From contig CAVPFW010000023.1 in the NCBI GenBank assembly GCA_963703855.1, forward strand, positions 42,961 to 106,960: 64,000 nucleotides of DNA, in the 5' to 3' direction. Below are positions 48,777 to 57,760 of this stretch, piece by piece (position 1 is the first letter of the stretch; each line of letters starts with the position of its first letter). Under the pieces are notes generated by a model. The model was given only the letters and a program-made list of their open reading frames with translations. It was not told where the DNA came from and made no database searches. Source of the DNA: an uncultured Alphaproteobacteria bacterium (GTDB lineage Bacteria > Pseudomonadota > Alphaproteobacteria > ATCC43930 > CGMCC-115725). Both the position numbers and the translations under genes were made by a program.

Positions 48777-51542
48777 CTATTCCGCTGCCGCCCTGGCTTC
48801 GACCGGCTCGACCTTGGCGGCGCAGAATTTGTATTCGGGGATCTTGCCGAAGGGGTCGAGCTGCGGGTTGGTCAAGACGTTCGCGGCGGCTTCGGCGTAG
48901 CAGAACGGGATGAACACCATGCCTAGCGCCACCGCGCTGTCGGCGCGCGCCTTCAATTCGATCGTGCCGCGCCTCGTGGTAACCCGGATCGGCTCCCCGG
49001 CGGCGACGCCGAGGCGGCGCAATTCGGCCGGCGCCAAGCTGGCCACGGCCTCGGGCTCGAGCTCGTCGAGCACATTCGCCCGCCGGGTCATGGCACCCGT
49101 GTGCCAGTGTTCGAGCTGGCGGCCGGTGGTCAGCACCATCGGGTATTCGAGGTCGGGCTCCTCGGCCGGCGGGATGATCGCCGCCGGCACCAGCCGGCCG
49201 CGCCCCGAAGCCGTCGGAAAGCCGTCGCCGAAAACTATGTCGTGGCCGGGCTGGTCCTCGGAATCGCACGGGTAGGTCACCGAGCCTTCGCGCTCCAGGC
49301 GCTCCCAGGTGATGCCGTTCAACGACGGCATCGCCAATTTCATCTCGGCGAACACGTCGCGCGGGTGCGGGTAGGACCAATCGAGCCCGATGCGCCGGGC
49401 GATCTCTTGGATGATCCACAGATCCTCGCGCGCGTTACCCGGCATCGGCAACGCCCGGCGGCCGAGCTGAACCTGACGGTTGGTGTTGGAGACGGTGCCG
49501 TCCTTCTCCGGCCAGGCCGAGGCCGGCAACACGACATCGGCATATTTCGCGGTTTCGGTCAGGAACAGGTCCTGGACGACCAGATGCTCGAGCTTGGCCA
49601 ACGCCTCGCGCGCGTGCTGGACATCGGGGTCCGACATCGCCGGATTCTCGCCCATGATGTACATGCCCCGGATCTCGTCGCGATGGACCGCGTCCATGAT
49701 CTCGACCACGGTCAGCCCGGCCTTGTCGTCGAGAGGGGTGTGCCACAAGGCCTCGAATTTCTCGCGGACCGCTGGGTCCACGACCGACTGGTAGTCGGGA
49801 TAGACCATCGGAATGAGCCCGGCGTCGGACGCGCCCTGCACGTTGTTCTGGCCGCGCAGCGGGTGGAGGCCGGTCCCTGGCCGGCCGATCTGCCCGGTGA
49901 CCAGCGCCAATGCGATCAGGCAGCGCGCATTGTCGGTGCCGTGGACATGCTGCGAGATGCCCATGCCCCAAAAGATGATCGCCGCCTCGGCGCGGGCATA
50001 GGTGCGCGCGATGTGGCGCAGGGTCGCCGCGTCGACGCCGCAGATCTCGGCCATCCTTTCCGGCGGGTAGGCGCGGACATGCTCGCGCAATTGCTCGAAA
50101 TCGTCGGTATGGGCCTGGACGTATTGCCTGTCGTAGAGATCCTCCTCGATGATCGTGTGCAGCAACGCGTTCAGCATCGCCACGTCGCGCGCCGGCTTGA
50201 AGCGCAGCATGTGGGTCGCATAGCGCGCCATGACCTGGCCGCGCGGGTCCATCACGATCAGCTTGGCGCCGCGCTTGGCCGCCTGCTTGAAAAACGTTGC
50301 CGCCACCGGATGGTTTTCGGTCGGGCGCGCACCGATGATGATGATGACGTCGGAATCCGCCGCCGCGGTGAATGGTGCCGTGACCGCGCCCGAGCCGATC
50401 CCCTCCATCAATGCCGCGACCGACGAGGCGTGGCACAGCCGGGTGCAATGGTCGACATTGTTGCTGCCGAACCCGGTGCGCACGAGCTTCTGAAAGAGAT
50501 AGGCCTCCTCGTTCGAGCCCTTGGCCGAGCCGAAGCCGGCGAGCGCGCGCTTTCCATCCCGGTCGCGGATATGCTTCAGCCTGGCGGCGGCGAGGTCGAG
50601 CGCTTCCTCCCAGCTCGCCTTGCGGAAATGGCTGTAGGGGTTGGCCGGGTCGATGTCGACATCGTGCTTCGACACCCCTTCCCTGCGGATCAGAGGCTCG
50701 GTCAGCCGGTCGGAGTGATGGACATAATCGAAGCCGAACCGGCCCTTGACGCAAAGCCGGTTGTGGTTGGCCGGGCCGTCCTTGCCCTCGACCGCGACGA
50801 TATGGTCGTCCTTGATCTTGTAGGTCAGCTGGCAGCCGACGCCGCAATAAGGGCACACGCTGTCGACCTCGCGGTCGGGCATGTTGGCATAGACCCCGTT
50901 CGCATCGACCATGGTCGCCGGCATCAGCGCGCCGGTCGGGCAGGCCTGCACGCACTCGCCGCAGGCGACGCAGGTGCTGGCCCCCATCGGATCGTCGAAA
51001 TCGAACACGATCTTTTCGCGGTAGCCGCGCGCCGCCATGCCGATCACGTCGTTGACCTGGACCTCGCGGCACGCGCGCACGCAAAGATTGCACTGGATGC
51101 AGGCGTCGAGCTGCACCGCCATCGCCGGATGGCTGCGGTCGGGCGCCGGCGCCGCATGCATCGCAAACCGGCTCGCGCTGACGCCGACCGTATCGGCCCA
51201 TTGCCAGAACCGCGATTGCGGATCATGCGCGGCGGCGCGGTCAGGCTGGTCGCCGACCAAGAGCTCGAACACCATCCTGCGCGAGAACCGGGCGCGCTCG
51301 CTCGCGGTCTGCACCTTCATGCCCGGGGTCGGCTGGCGCACGCAGGAGGCGGCGAGCACCCGCTCGCCCTCGATCTCGACCATGCAGGCGCGGCAATTGC
51401 CGTCGGCGCGATAGCCCGGCTTCGGCAGCCAGCACAAATGCGGGATCTCGATGCCCTGGCCGTTGGCCACTTGCCAGATCGTCTCGCCAGGTGCGGCCTC
51501 GACCTCGGCGCCGTCGAGAAAAAAGCGGATCGGTTCGGTCAT
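48777..51542 (-). CDS. fdsA: NAD-linked formate dehydrogenase, alpha (catalytic, molybdo/tungstopterin + Fe-S) subunit
   Basis: The 921-aa ORF is uninterrupted. It starts with a NuoG-like N-terminus MTEPIRFFLDGAEVEAAPGETIWQVANGQGIEIPHLCW...GNCRACMVEIEG and ferredoxin-like CxxCxxC motifs. The MopB domain has the active-site context VDHCTRLCHASSV (Cys, not Sec). Confidence 0.9.
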   Translation of the reverse strand: MTEPIRFFLDGAEVEAAPGETIWQVANGQGIEIPHLCWLPKPGYRADGNCRACMVEIEGERVLAASCVRQPTPGMKVQTASERARFSRRMVFELLVGDQPDRAAAHDPQSRFWQWADTVGVSASRFAMHAAPAPDRSHPAMAVQLDACIQCNLCVRACREVQVNDVIGMAARGYREKIVFDFDDPMGASTCVACGECVQACPTGALMPATMVDANGVYANMPDREVDSVCPYCGVGCQLTYKIKDDHIVAVEGKDGPANHNRLCVKGRFGFDYVHHSDRLTEPLIRREGVSKHDVDIDPANPYSHFRKASWEEALDLAAARLKHIRDRDGKRALAGFGSAKGSNEEAYLFQKLVRTGFGSNNVDHCTRLCHASSVAALMEGIGSGAVTAPFTAAADSDVIIIIGARPTENHPVAATFFKQAAKRGAKLIVMDPRGQVMARYATHMLRFKPARDVAMLNALLHTIIEEDLYDRQYVQAHTDDFEQLREHVRAYPPERMAEICGVDAATLRHIARTYARAEAAIIFWGMGISQHVHGTDNARCLIALALVTGQIGRPGTGLHPLRGQNNVQGASDAGLIPMVYPDYQSVVDPAVREKFEALWHTPLDDKAGLTVVEIMDAVHRDEIRGMYIMGENPAMSDPDVQHAREALAKLEHLVVQDLFLTETAKYADVVLPASAWPEKDGTVSNTNRQVQLGRRALPMPGNAREDLWIIQEIARRIGLDWSYPHPRDVFAEMKLAMPSLNGITWERLEREGSVTYPCDSEDQPGHDIVFGDGFPTASGRGRLVPAAIIPPAEEPDLEYPMVLTTGRQLEHWHTGAMTRRANVLDELEPEAVASLAPAELRRLGVAAGEPIRVTTRRGTIELKARADSAVALGMVFIPFCYAEAAANVLTNPQLDPFGKIPEYKFCAAKVEPVEARAAAE

Positions 51543-51997
51543 CGTCGACTCTCCCAGCGGTAGCGGACGTCGGGCGTCCGCTCCTCGTTATCTGCGCCCT
51601 CGGTGATGCGGATGACGCGGAAACCACGCGCCTCGTAGAAGCGGCGCGCGCGGGTATTGGCCTGAAAACACCACAGTTCGAGCGCCGCGACGTCGTTTGC
51701 CTTCGCCGCTTCGATAAGCTGCGTTCCCGCGCCCTGGCCGATGCGATCAGGCCGTGTGTAAAGCTGCCTCACTTCCTCACCCTGACGGGCGAGGAACGCG
51801 ACGATGCCGGTGTCGTCCTCGGCGATCGTGACCGCGCATTCCTTCAGCATCCGCTCGGCAGCGTACCAACGATAGCTCTTAAGATCGTGGAGCATCGGCA
51901 GAAAGGTCAGCAGGCGGAACGACGCGTAATAGACATCGGCGATCAATTCCGCATCGTCTTGCGTGGCGAGACGCAACTTGAATCGAGCAGCGATCAT
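51539..51997 (-). CDS. GNAT family N-acetyltransferase (152 aa)
   Basis: MIAARFKLRLATQDDAELIADVY..., an acetyl-CoA site-like RQLYTRPDRIGQGAGTQLIEAA, and ANTRARRFYEARGF. Its TGA overlaps the fdsA ATG (ATGA at 51539-51542). Confidence 0.8.
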   Translation of the reverse strand: MIAARFKLRLATQDDAELIADVYYASFRLLTFLPMLHDLKSYRWYAAERMLKECAVTIAEDDTGIVAFLARQGEEVRQLYTRPDRIGQGAGTQLIEAAKANDVAALELWCFQANTRARRFYEARGFRVIRITEGADNEERTPDVRYRWESRR

Positions 51998-52000
51998 CAC

Positions 52001-52315
52001 TCATATCCGCTGCAGCTTTTGGATGAAGTCGTTGACCTCGGGCTGGGTCCAGGTGTCGCCGTGGTGCCAGAAATCCAGCAGAGGATCCATGTTGCGCGAT
52101 ACCCATTTGATCACTTGCGGCGACATCTGGCGTACGACCCGCGGGGGCAGGCGGCTAGCGACAACGCTCGGCATGTCGGCAATTGAAACGGAGAAACTGG
52201 GCTGTGATCTCCCCGGCTGAAGAAAGTATTTGACCTGCGGACCGTGCGCACCCATCGCCGTCGAGATGAAGATCGTGCCGGTTATGCCGGTCTGGGCGGT
52301 GGTCAGATTGGCCAT
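52001..52315 (-). CDS. Small conserved hypothetical protein (104 aa)
   Basis: MANLTTAQTGITGTIFISTAMGAHGPQVKYFLQPGRSQPSFSVSIADMPSVVASRLPPRVVRQMSPQVIKWVSRNMDPLLDFWHHGDTWTQPEVNDFIQKLQRI. It resembles a small-protein family I recall from alphaproteobacteria (ANLxxxxTG..FIS..G.HG..VK...WV..N...L..W.G). An alternative GTG start at 52393 would overlap the fdsB stop. Confidence 0.5.
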   Translation of the reverse strand: MANLTTAQTGITGTIFISTAMGAHGPQVKYFLQPGRSQPSFSVSIADMPSVVASRLPPRVVRQMSPQVIKWVSRNMDPLLDFWHHGDTWTQPEVNDFIQKLQRI

Positions 52316-52389
52316 TTCGACCAGCTCCTCGCGCGCCAGTTCTTCTGCCAGCGAGGGGTGAGCCGGAACCTGAATGACCCTTTCAATCG

Positions 52390-54099
52390 TCACGTCAGAT
52401 CCCCTCGGAAGTGCTTGAGCACCTGGGTGACCGGGTTCATCGCGGCCTGGCCGAGGCCGCAGATCGAGGCGTCGCTCATGACCCGGGTCAATTCCTGCAG
52501 CAGTGCTTCGTCCCAATGCGGCGCGGTCATCAGCTTGACCGCCTTTTCGGTGCCGGCGCGGCACGGCGTGCATTGGCCGCAGCTCTCATCCTCGAAAAAG
52601 CGCAACAAGTTCAGCGCCACCGCCTTCATGTCGTCCTGGTCGGAGAGCACGACAACCGCACCCGAGCCGGTAAAGCAGCCCCGTGCGGTTCGAGCGTGCC
52701 GAAATCGAGCGGGAGGTCAGCCATCGCCGCCGGCAAGATGCCGCCCGAGGCGCCGCCCGGCAGATAGCCCTTGAAGGCGTGACCCTCGGCCATGCCGCCG
52801 CAGAATTCGTCGATCAGCTGGCGCGCGGTGATCCCGGCCGGAGCGAGCTTGACCCCCGGATCGCGCACCCGCCCCGACACCGAGAAGGTGCGCAGCCCTT
52901 TGCGCCCGTTGCGGCCTTGGCCGGTGAACCAGTCGGCGCCCTTTTCGACGATGTCGCGCACCCAATAGAGGGTCTCGACATTGTTGCACAGGGTCGGCCG
53001 GCCAAAGAGCCCGACCTGCGCCGGAAACGGCGGCCGCTGGCGCGGCAGGCCGCGCTTGCCCTCGATGATTTCGAGCATCGCCGATTCCTCGCCGCAGATA
53101 TAGGCGCCGGCGCCGCGGCGCAGATGGATGTGCGCATGCGGCGCCAGCCCGGCGGCTTCGAGCGCCGCAATCTCGCTTTCGAGGATCGCCCGGCATTGCG
53201 GGTATTCGTCGCGCAGATAGATGTAGATGTCGGCGGCCTCGACGACCCAGGCGGCGATCAGCATGCCCTTCGAGAAAACGGTGCGGGTCGGTTTCGAGAA
53301 AATAGCGGTCCTTGAAGGTGCCGGGCTCGCCCTCGTCGCCGTTGACCGCCAGCAGCCGGGGCGCCGGCTCCTGGCGCACCAGCCGCCATTTGCGCCCGGT
53401 CGGAAACCCGGCGCCGCCGAGCCCGCGCAGACCCGGAATGTTCGAGCGCTTCGATCAACTCTGTCGCGGCCGTGCGCTCGCCCGCCAGGCAGGATTGCAG
53501 CAGGCGGTAGCCGCCCGCGGCGCGATAGGCGTCGAGGCCGACAAAGGCCGGGACCGGCGGGTGCGTCTCGCCGGCGGCGACCGCGGCGGCGACGATCGTC
53601 GAGGGTGGCGTGCTCGTGCAGCGCGTGGCCGATCGCCACGACCGGCGCGCTTGTCGCAGCCGCCCATGCACGGCGCGCGCACGACCCGCACCTCGTCGCC
53701 GAGCCGGCTCTGGAGATCGGCCAGCAGCGGCACCGCCCCGGCGAGCTCGCAGCTCAGGCTGTCGCAGACCCGCACGGTCAGCGCCGGCGGCGGCTTCTCG
53801 TCGTCCATGACGATGTCGAAATGGGCGTAGAACGAGGCGACCTCGTAGACCTCGACCAGCGCCAGCCGCATCTCGTCGGCGAGCGCGGCCAGATGGCGCG
53901 CGTGCAGGCAGCCGAAATGGTCCTGCAGCAGGTGCAGGTGCTCGATCAAGAGGTCGCGCCGCCGCTCGCGGTCGCCGAGCAATGCCTGGACCTCGTCCAA
54001 CGCCGCCGGGTCGACCTGCCGGCCCTTCGGGTGATCGAGCCCGCGCCGCCGCCCCGAGCCCGGATGGATGCGGCGATCGTGCCTTGCCTGCGTGTTCAA
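52390..54099 (-). pseudogene. fdsB: Fused NuoE-like/NuoF-like (gamma+beta) subunit of NAD-linked formate dehydrogenase, interrupted by five frameshifts
   Basis: Homologous sequence must be read in six segments:
- Start-coordinate mod 3 = 0: ...HPKGRQVDPAALDEVQALL...VASFYAHFDIV...VRVCDSLSCELAG...VRAPCMGGCDK
- mod 2: APVVAIGHALHEHAT
- mod 1: STIVAAAVAAGETHPPVPAFVGLDAYRAAGGYRLL...ELIEALEHS
- mod 0: [56 protein letters not shown]
- mod 2: [21 protein letters not shown]...[51 protein letters not shown]...[11 protein letters not shown]...PLDFGTLEPHG
- mod 0: CFTGSGAVVVLSDQDDMKAVALNLLRFFEDESCGQCTPCRAGT...ASICGLGQAA
The breaks lie at about 53649, 53603-05, 53432-34, 53266-68 and 52679-82. Confidence 0.7.
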
Positions 54100-54160
54100 T
54101 GGTTAAAGCCTTGGGAGCGCCGGCTTCCAGCCCGCAGCGGGCGGGACGCCCGCGCTCCCA

Positions 54161-55390
54161 CTACACCGCCCCTTCCTGGTGCATCGCCGCGATCTCGTCC
54201 CTGCCGTAGCCGAGCCACTCGAGGATCTCGTCGGTGTGCTCGCCCAAGAGCGGCGAGCGCTTCACCTCGACCGGCGAATCGGACAGGTTGATCGGCGAGC
54301 CGACCTGCACGTAGCGGCCGCGGGTCGGGTGATCGACCTCGACCAGATAGCCGCGCTCGTAGTGCGAGCGGTCCTCGTAGATGTCCTTCATCGACAGGAT
54401 CGGGCCGCACGGCACGTCGACCTCGTTCAACGCCGCCATGACCTCGAACTTGGTCTTGGTCATCGTCCATTTCTCGATGATCGTGAAGCATTCGGGGATC
54501 TTGGGCAAACGCGCCTGCGGCGTCGCGTATCCCGGATCGGCGATCAGCTCTTCACGGCCGGCGAGCTTCATCAGCGGCTCCCATGAGGGCGGCTGGATGA
54601 TCACATAAACCCAGTCGTTCTGGCCGCCTGGCGCGCAACGCAACGCCGCCCCGGGCTGGCCGCCGCCCGAGGCGTTGCCGGCGCGCGGCACGGCGTCGCC
54701 AAACTCCTTGTTCGGGTATTCGGGCAGCGGGCCCTTCATGATGCGCTGCTGGTCGCGCATCTTGACCCGGCAAAGGTTCAGGACCGCATCGGTCATTGCC
54801 ACCTCGACGCGCTGGCCCCGGCCGGTGCGCTCGCGCTGAAAGAGCGCGGCGAGGATGCCGGCGACGACGTGCACGCCGGTGCCGCTGTCGCCGATCTGGG
54901 CGCCGGTCACGGTCGGCGGGCCGTCCTCCCAGCCGGTCGTGCTGGCCGATCCGCCCATGCATTGGGCGACGTTCTCGTAGGCCTTGCACTCGGCATAGGG
55001 GCCGGGACCAAAGCCCTTGATCGAGGCGTAGATGATCCGCGGGTTCAATTCCTGGAAACGCTCCCAGGTGAAGCCCTGGCGGTCGAGCACCCCCGGCCCG
55101 AAATTTTCGAGGATCACGTCGCAGCGATGGACCAGCTCCTCGATGATCCTTCGGCCGCCGGGTGATTTGAGGTTGAGCGTGATGCTGCGCTTGTTCGAGT
55201 TCAGCATCGTGAAATAGAGGCTGTCGGCGCCCTTCACGTCCTGCAATTGACCGCGGGTGATGTCGCCGCGCCCGGGCATCTCGATCTTGATCACGTCGGC
55301 GCCCATCCACGCCAGCAGCTGGGTCGCGGTCGGCCCCGCCTGGACATGGCCGAAATCGAGGATGCGGACACCTTCAAGCGCTTTGCTCAT
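54161..55390 (-). CDS. frc: Formyl-CoA:oxalate CoA-transferase
   Basis: ATG at 55390. [37 protein letters not shown]...[23 protein letters not shown]...[15 protein letters not shown]...[13 protein letters not shown]...[18 protein letters not shown] matches Frc, the family III CoA-transferase of Oxalobacter/E. coli YfdW type. Confidence 0.9.
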   Translation of the reverse strand: MSKALEGVRILDFGHVQAGPTATQLLAWMGADVIKIEMPGRGDITRGQLQDVKGADSLYFTMLNSNKRSITLNLKSPGGRRIIEELVHRCDVILENFGPGVLDRQGFTWERFQELNPRIIYASIKGFGPGPYAECKAYENVAQCMGGSASTTGWEDGPPTVTGAQIGDSGTGVHVVAGILAALFQRERTGRGQRVEVAMTDAVLNLCRVKMRDQQRIMKGPLPEYPNKEFGDAVPRAGNASGGGQPGAALRCAPGGQNDWVYVIIQPPSWEPLMKLAGREELIADPGYATPQARLPKIPECFTIIEKWTMTKTKFEVMAALNEVDVPCGPILSMKDIYEDRSHYERGYLVEVDHPTRGRYVQVGSPINLSDSPVEVKRSPLLGEHTDEILEWLGYGRDEIAAMHQEGAV

Positions 55391-55398
55391 CGCTCGCC

Positions 55399-56247
55399 TC
55401 ACCTGAAATTCGTCATTCCCGCGAAAGCGGGAACCCAGGGCCCGCCGCTCCGTCGCTCGGCCCTGGACCCCCGCTTTCGCGGGGGCGACGGTTTTTTGGG
55501 CCGGGCCGCCACTTCGTCGCGTGCCGTGTCGAGGAAATCGCCGTGCTGCTCGACATGGGCGGCGAGCCCCAAGGTGTGCTCGCGCGCCAGCCGCGCCGCC
55601 TCGTCGGGGTCGCGACGCTCCAGCGCCTCGATAATCGCCATGTGATCGACGATCGAGCGCGCCGCGCGATCGTCGTGGTGGATCGTCACCTTGCGGATCG
55701 CGCGCATATGGATGAACAGGTTCTCGGTCATCTCGGCGAGCAGCTTACACCCGCTCATCCGTATGATCGCTTGATGGAAGGCGATGTTGGCGTCGGAATA
55801 TTCCTCCAGCCGCTCGCCGCCATCTGTTTGTCCATCGGGGCCGTCGCGAAACGCATCCATCAGCCGGCGCAGCTCGGCGATGTCGTCGTCGGGCGCGTTG
55901 AGCGCAACGAGCCGCGCCGCCATGCTTTCGAGCGCGGCCATGACCGTGATCATCTCGACGATCTCGCGCTTCGTCTTGCGCACGACAAAGATGCCGCGGC
56001 GCGGCCGGGTCCGCACAAAGCCTTCCTGTTCGAGCAAGGTCATCGCCTCGCGGATCGGCGTGCGGCTGACCCCGAGCCCCTCCGACAGCCGCCGCTCGTC
56101 GAGCCGGATCTCTTGCGTGTGGTCGTAGATGTCCATCGCCGTGATCGCCCGCTTCAGCGCGGCATAGGCGAGGTCGCGGAAGCTGGTGCCGGTGTCCAGC
56201 CGCGGCACGTCGAGAGTGGGGCTGGGGCGCGGGCTGGCTTCAGGCAT
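55399..56247 (-). CDS. GntR family transcriptional regulator (FadR/FCD subfamily) with a REP-encoded C-terminal tail
   Basis: The wHTH is [52 protein letters not shown]. The FCD domain runs to ...[20 protein letters not shown]. The last ~33 codons ([35 protein letters not shown]) are read straight through the REP pair at 55412-55490. Confidence 0.8.
   Translation of the reverse strand: MPEASPRPSPTLDVPRLDTGTSFRDLAYAALKRAITAMDIYDHTQEIRLDERRLSEGLGVSRTPIREAMTLLEQEGFVRTRPRRGIFVVRKTKREIVEMITVMAALESMAARLVALNAPDDDIAELRRLMDAFRDGPDGQTDGGERLEEYSDANIAFHQAIIRMSGCKLLAEMTENLFIHMRAIRKVTIHHDDRAARSIVDHMAIIEALERRDPDEAARLAREHTLGLAAHVEQHGDFLDTARDEVAARPKKPSPPRKRGSRAERRSGGPWVPAFAGMTNFR
55412..55490. repeat. Inverted pair of REP family 2 units
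   Basis: GTCATTCCCGCGAAAGCGGGAACCCAGGGC lies at 55412-55441. Its near reverse complement GCCCTGGACCCCCGCTTTCGCGGGGGCGAC lies at 55460-55489. Confidence 0.75.
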
Positions 56248-56435
56248 CCCCTATAATATATGGTATATCAGCAGATTCCGCAACGGTTTTTGCCGCCTTA
56301 GGCGATAGCATCCTGGTACCTCGCACCGTCGGTGATTGCCAGGGTTCTCGACACAGGCGTAATTACGCCTATTTCGGCGCATATACGCTCTTTGCCACGG
56401 CCGACTCCACGATGTTCTGATCAAGGAGAAAGCCC

Positions 56436-56816
56436 ATGCCCGGGACCAACAAAGACATCGCCGTCGCCTTCTACAAAATGGCCGTGTTCGAAGGCCGGAT
56501 CGAAGATGCCTTCCGGCTTTACGCGGGTACCCCCTATCGCCAGCACAATCCGCTGATCGAAGACGGCATGGAAGGCCTGAAGAAGTTCTTTGCCTGGATC
56601 TTGTCGAATCATCCGGACGCTCGCGGCGAGATCAAGCGTGTCTTTGCCGACGGCGACCACGTTATCCTTCACAGTCATTGGCACGGCCTGTCCGATAATC
56701 CCCGCGGAGAGGCGGTGGTGGACATCTTCCGCCTGGAAGGCGGCAAGGTCTTGGAGCACTGGGACGTGATCCAGCCGATCCCGGAGACCTCGGCTAACGC
56801 CAACACGATGTTCTAA
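56436..56816 (+). CDS. SnoaL-like / NTF2-fold protein (126 aa)
   Basis: AAGGAGAAAG RBS. MPGTNKDIAVAFYKMAVFEGRIEDAFRLYAGTPYRQHNPLIEDGMEGLKKFF...DHVILHSHW...VDIFRLEGGKVLEHWDVIQ. Confidence 0.75.
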   Translation: MPGTNKDIAVAFYKMAVFEGRIEDAFRLYAGTPYRQHNPLIEDGMEGLKKFFAWILSNHPDARGEIKRVFADGDHVILHSHWHGLSDNPRGEAVVDIFRLEGGKVLEHWDVIQPIPETSANANTMF

Positions 56817-56820
56817 GAGC

Positions 56821-56892
56821 GTAGTGCGGGTGTAACGCGCCGTGCTGGCCGCCGAACCGATGGCGGGTTGCGCTGCGCTCCACCCGCCCTAC
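56821..56892. repeat. REP family 3 unit, copy 1 (72 bp)
   Basis: GTAGTGCGGGTG...CCGATGGCGGGTTGCGCTGCGCTCCACCCGCCCTAC has terminal inverted arms GTAG(T/G)GCGGGTG / CACCCGCCCTAC. It is closely similar to 57519-57590, in the same orientation. Confidence 0.7.
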
Positions 56893-56915
56893 GGGTTTGC
56901 CGCAACGGCGCCCCG

Positions 56916-57374
56916 TCAAAGCGGGTTTGGGCCGACGACTTCCCAGCGATGCCGTTCGAAGAGTTTGGTGCGTTCGCCGTCGTCGCTCGGGCGGTGCTCC
57001 GCGAGCGCCTCGACGAGGCCGCCGGCGGCGGCCGGGGTGTAGAGAAACAAGACGCTGCCGGTTTCGCGGCCGGTGTTCTTCCAGGCATGCGGGACGTCGC
57101 GCGGGAAGAACGCGCAGGTGCCGGGCCCACCGACCGTGACCTCGTCGCCGATCTTGAAGGTGAACTCGCCGGCGAGCACCCAGGCGACCTCGTCGCTGTC
57201 GCGGTGCAGATGGAAGAGGCTCGTGGTGCCGGCCGGCAGGGTTTCCTCGAACAGCATGATGCTCTCATCGGTCTCGCGGCCGAGGAGCTTCAAGGCAAAG
57301 GAGCGGCCGGGCGTCGGCGAGTCGAAATGCTTCCCGCCGCCCGCGGGTACGACAAAGCCTTTTGTTGCGGTCAT
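56916..57374 (-). CDS. Cupin domain protein (152 aa)
   Basis: ATG at 57374 follows GGAAGGAG. ...MLFEETLPAGTTSLFHLHRDSDEVAWVLAGEFTFKIGDEVTVGGPGTCAFFPRDVPHAWKNTG is a cupin motif 1/2 arrangement. Confidence 0.75.
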   Translation of the reverse strand: MTATKGFVVPAGGGKHFDSPTPGRSFALKLLGRETDESIMLFEETLPAGTTSLFHLHRDSDEVAWVLAGEFTFKIGDEVTVGGPGTCAFFPRDVPHAWKNTGRETGSVLFLYTPAAAGGLVEALAEHRPSDDGERTKLFERHRWEVVGPNPL

Positions 57375-57518
57375 GTTGCTCTCCTTCCCTGCGGCGGAAT
57401 GAGGATAAGAATCGGCGGCTCGATCTACCCGCGCGTGGAACTCGGGCGCGCTCGTCCGCACCAGCGAACACTACTACAATCACGAGTCCGAGGTGGAGCG
57501 CTTGGTTCGGGCAGGAAC

Positions 57519-57590
57519 GTAGGGCGGGTGCAGCCCGCCGTGCCGGCAACGGAACCGATGGCGGGTTGCGCGGCGCTCCACCCGCCCTAC
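57519..57590. repeat. REP family 3 unit, copy 2 (72 bp)
   Basis: GTAGGGCGGGTGCAGCCCGCCGTGCCGGCAACGGAACCGATGGCGGGTTGCGCGGCGCTCCACCCGCCCTAC. Confidence 0.7.
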
Positions 57591-57760
57591 GGGCTGCGTC
57601 GCCGCTTTGGGGATTTTGCCCGAGCGATCGGCTGGGCTGCTCCTTGCAGGTTCACGTCAAGTCGGCCTACCCTTGACCCAGATCGCTCGGGTCGCCCCGG
57701 ATACCGGTCGACAAATCCCGGTCGCCTCGGGAAGGCCCCTCGCAAAAGAAGGAATCCCCG

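Noticed and set aside
48777-51542. Selenocysteine recoding in the formate dehydrogenase alpha subunit.
   Set aside because: The 921-codon ORF is uninterrupted, and the position equivalent to Sec/Cys reads CTRLCHASSV (Cys). No SECIS context is needed.
51539-52393. A GNAT toxin / RHH (DUF1778, TacA-like) antitoxin module inserted in the fds operon.
   Set aside because: The gene order and sizes are reminiscent of one. However, the upstream protein shows no ribbon-helix-helix or DUF1778-like sequence, and it resembles a different small-protein family. The GNAT is also shorter than TacT/AtaT-type toxins. I left the pair as genes of unknown role.
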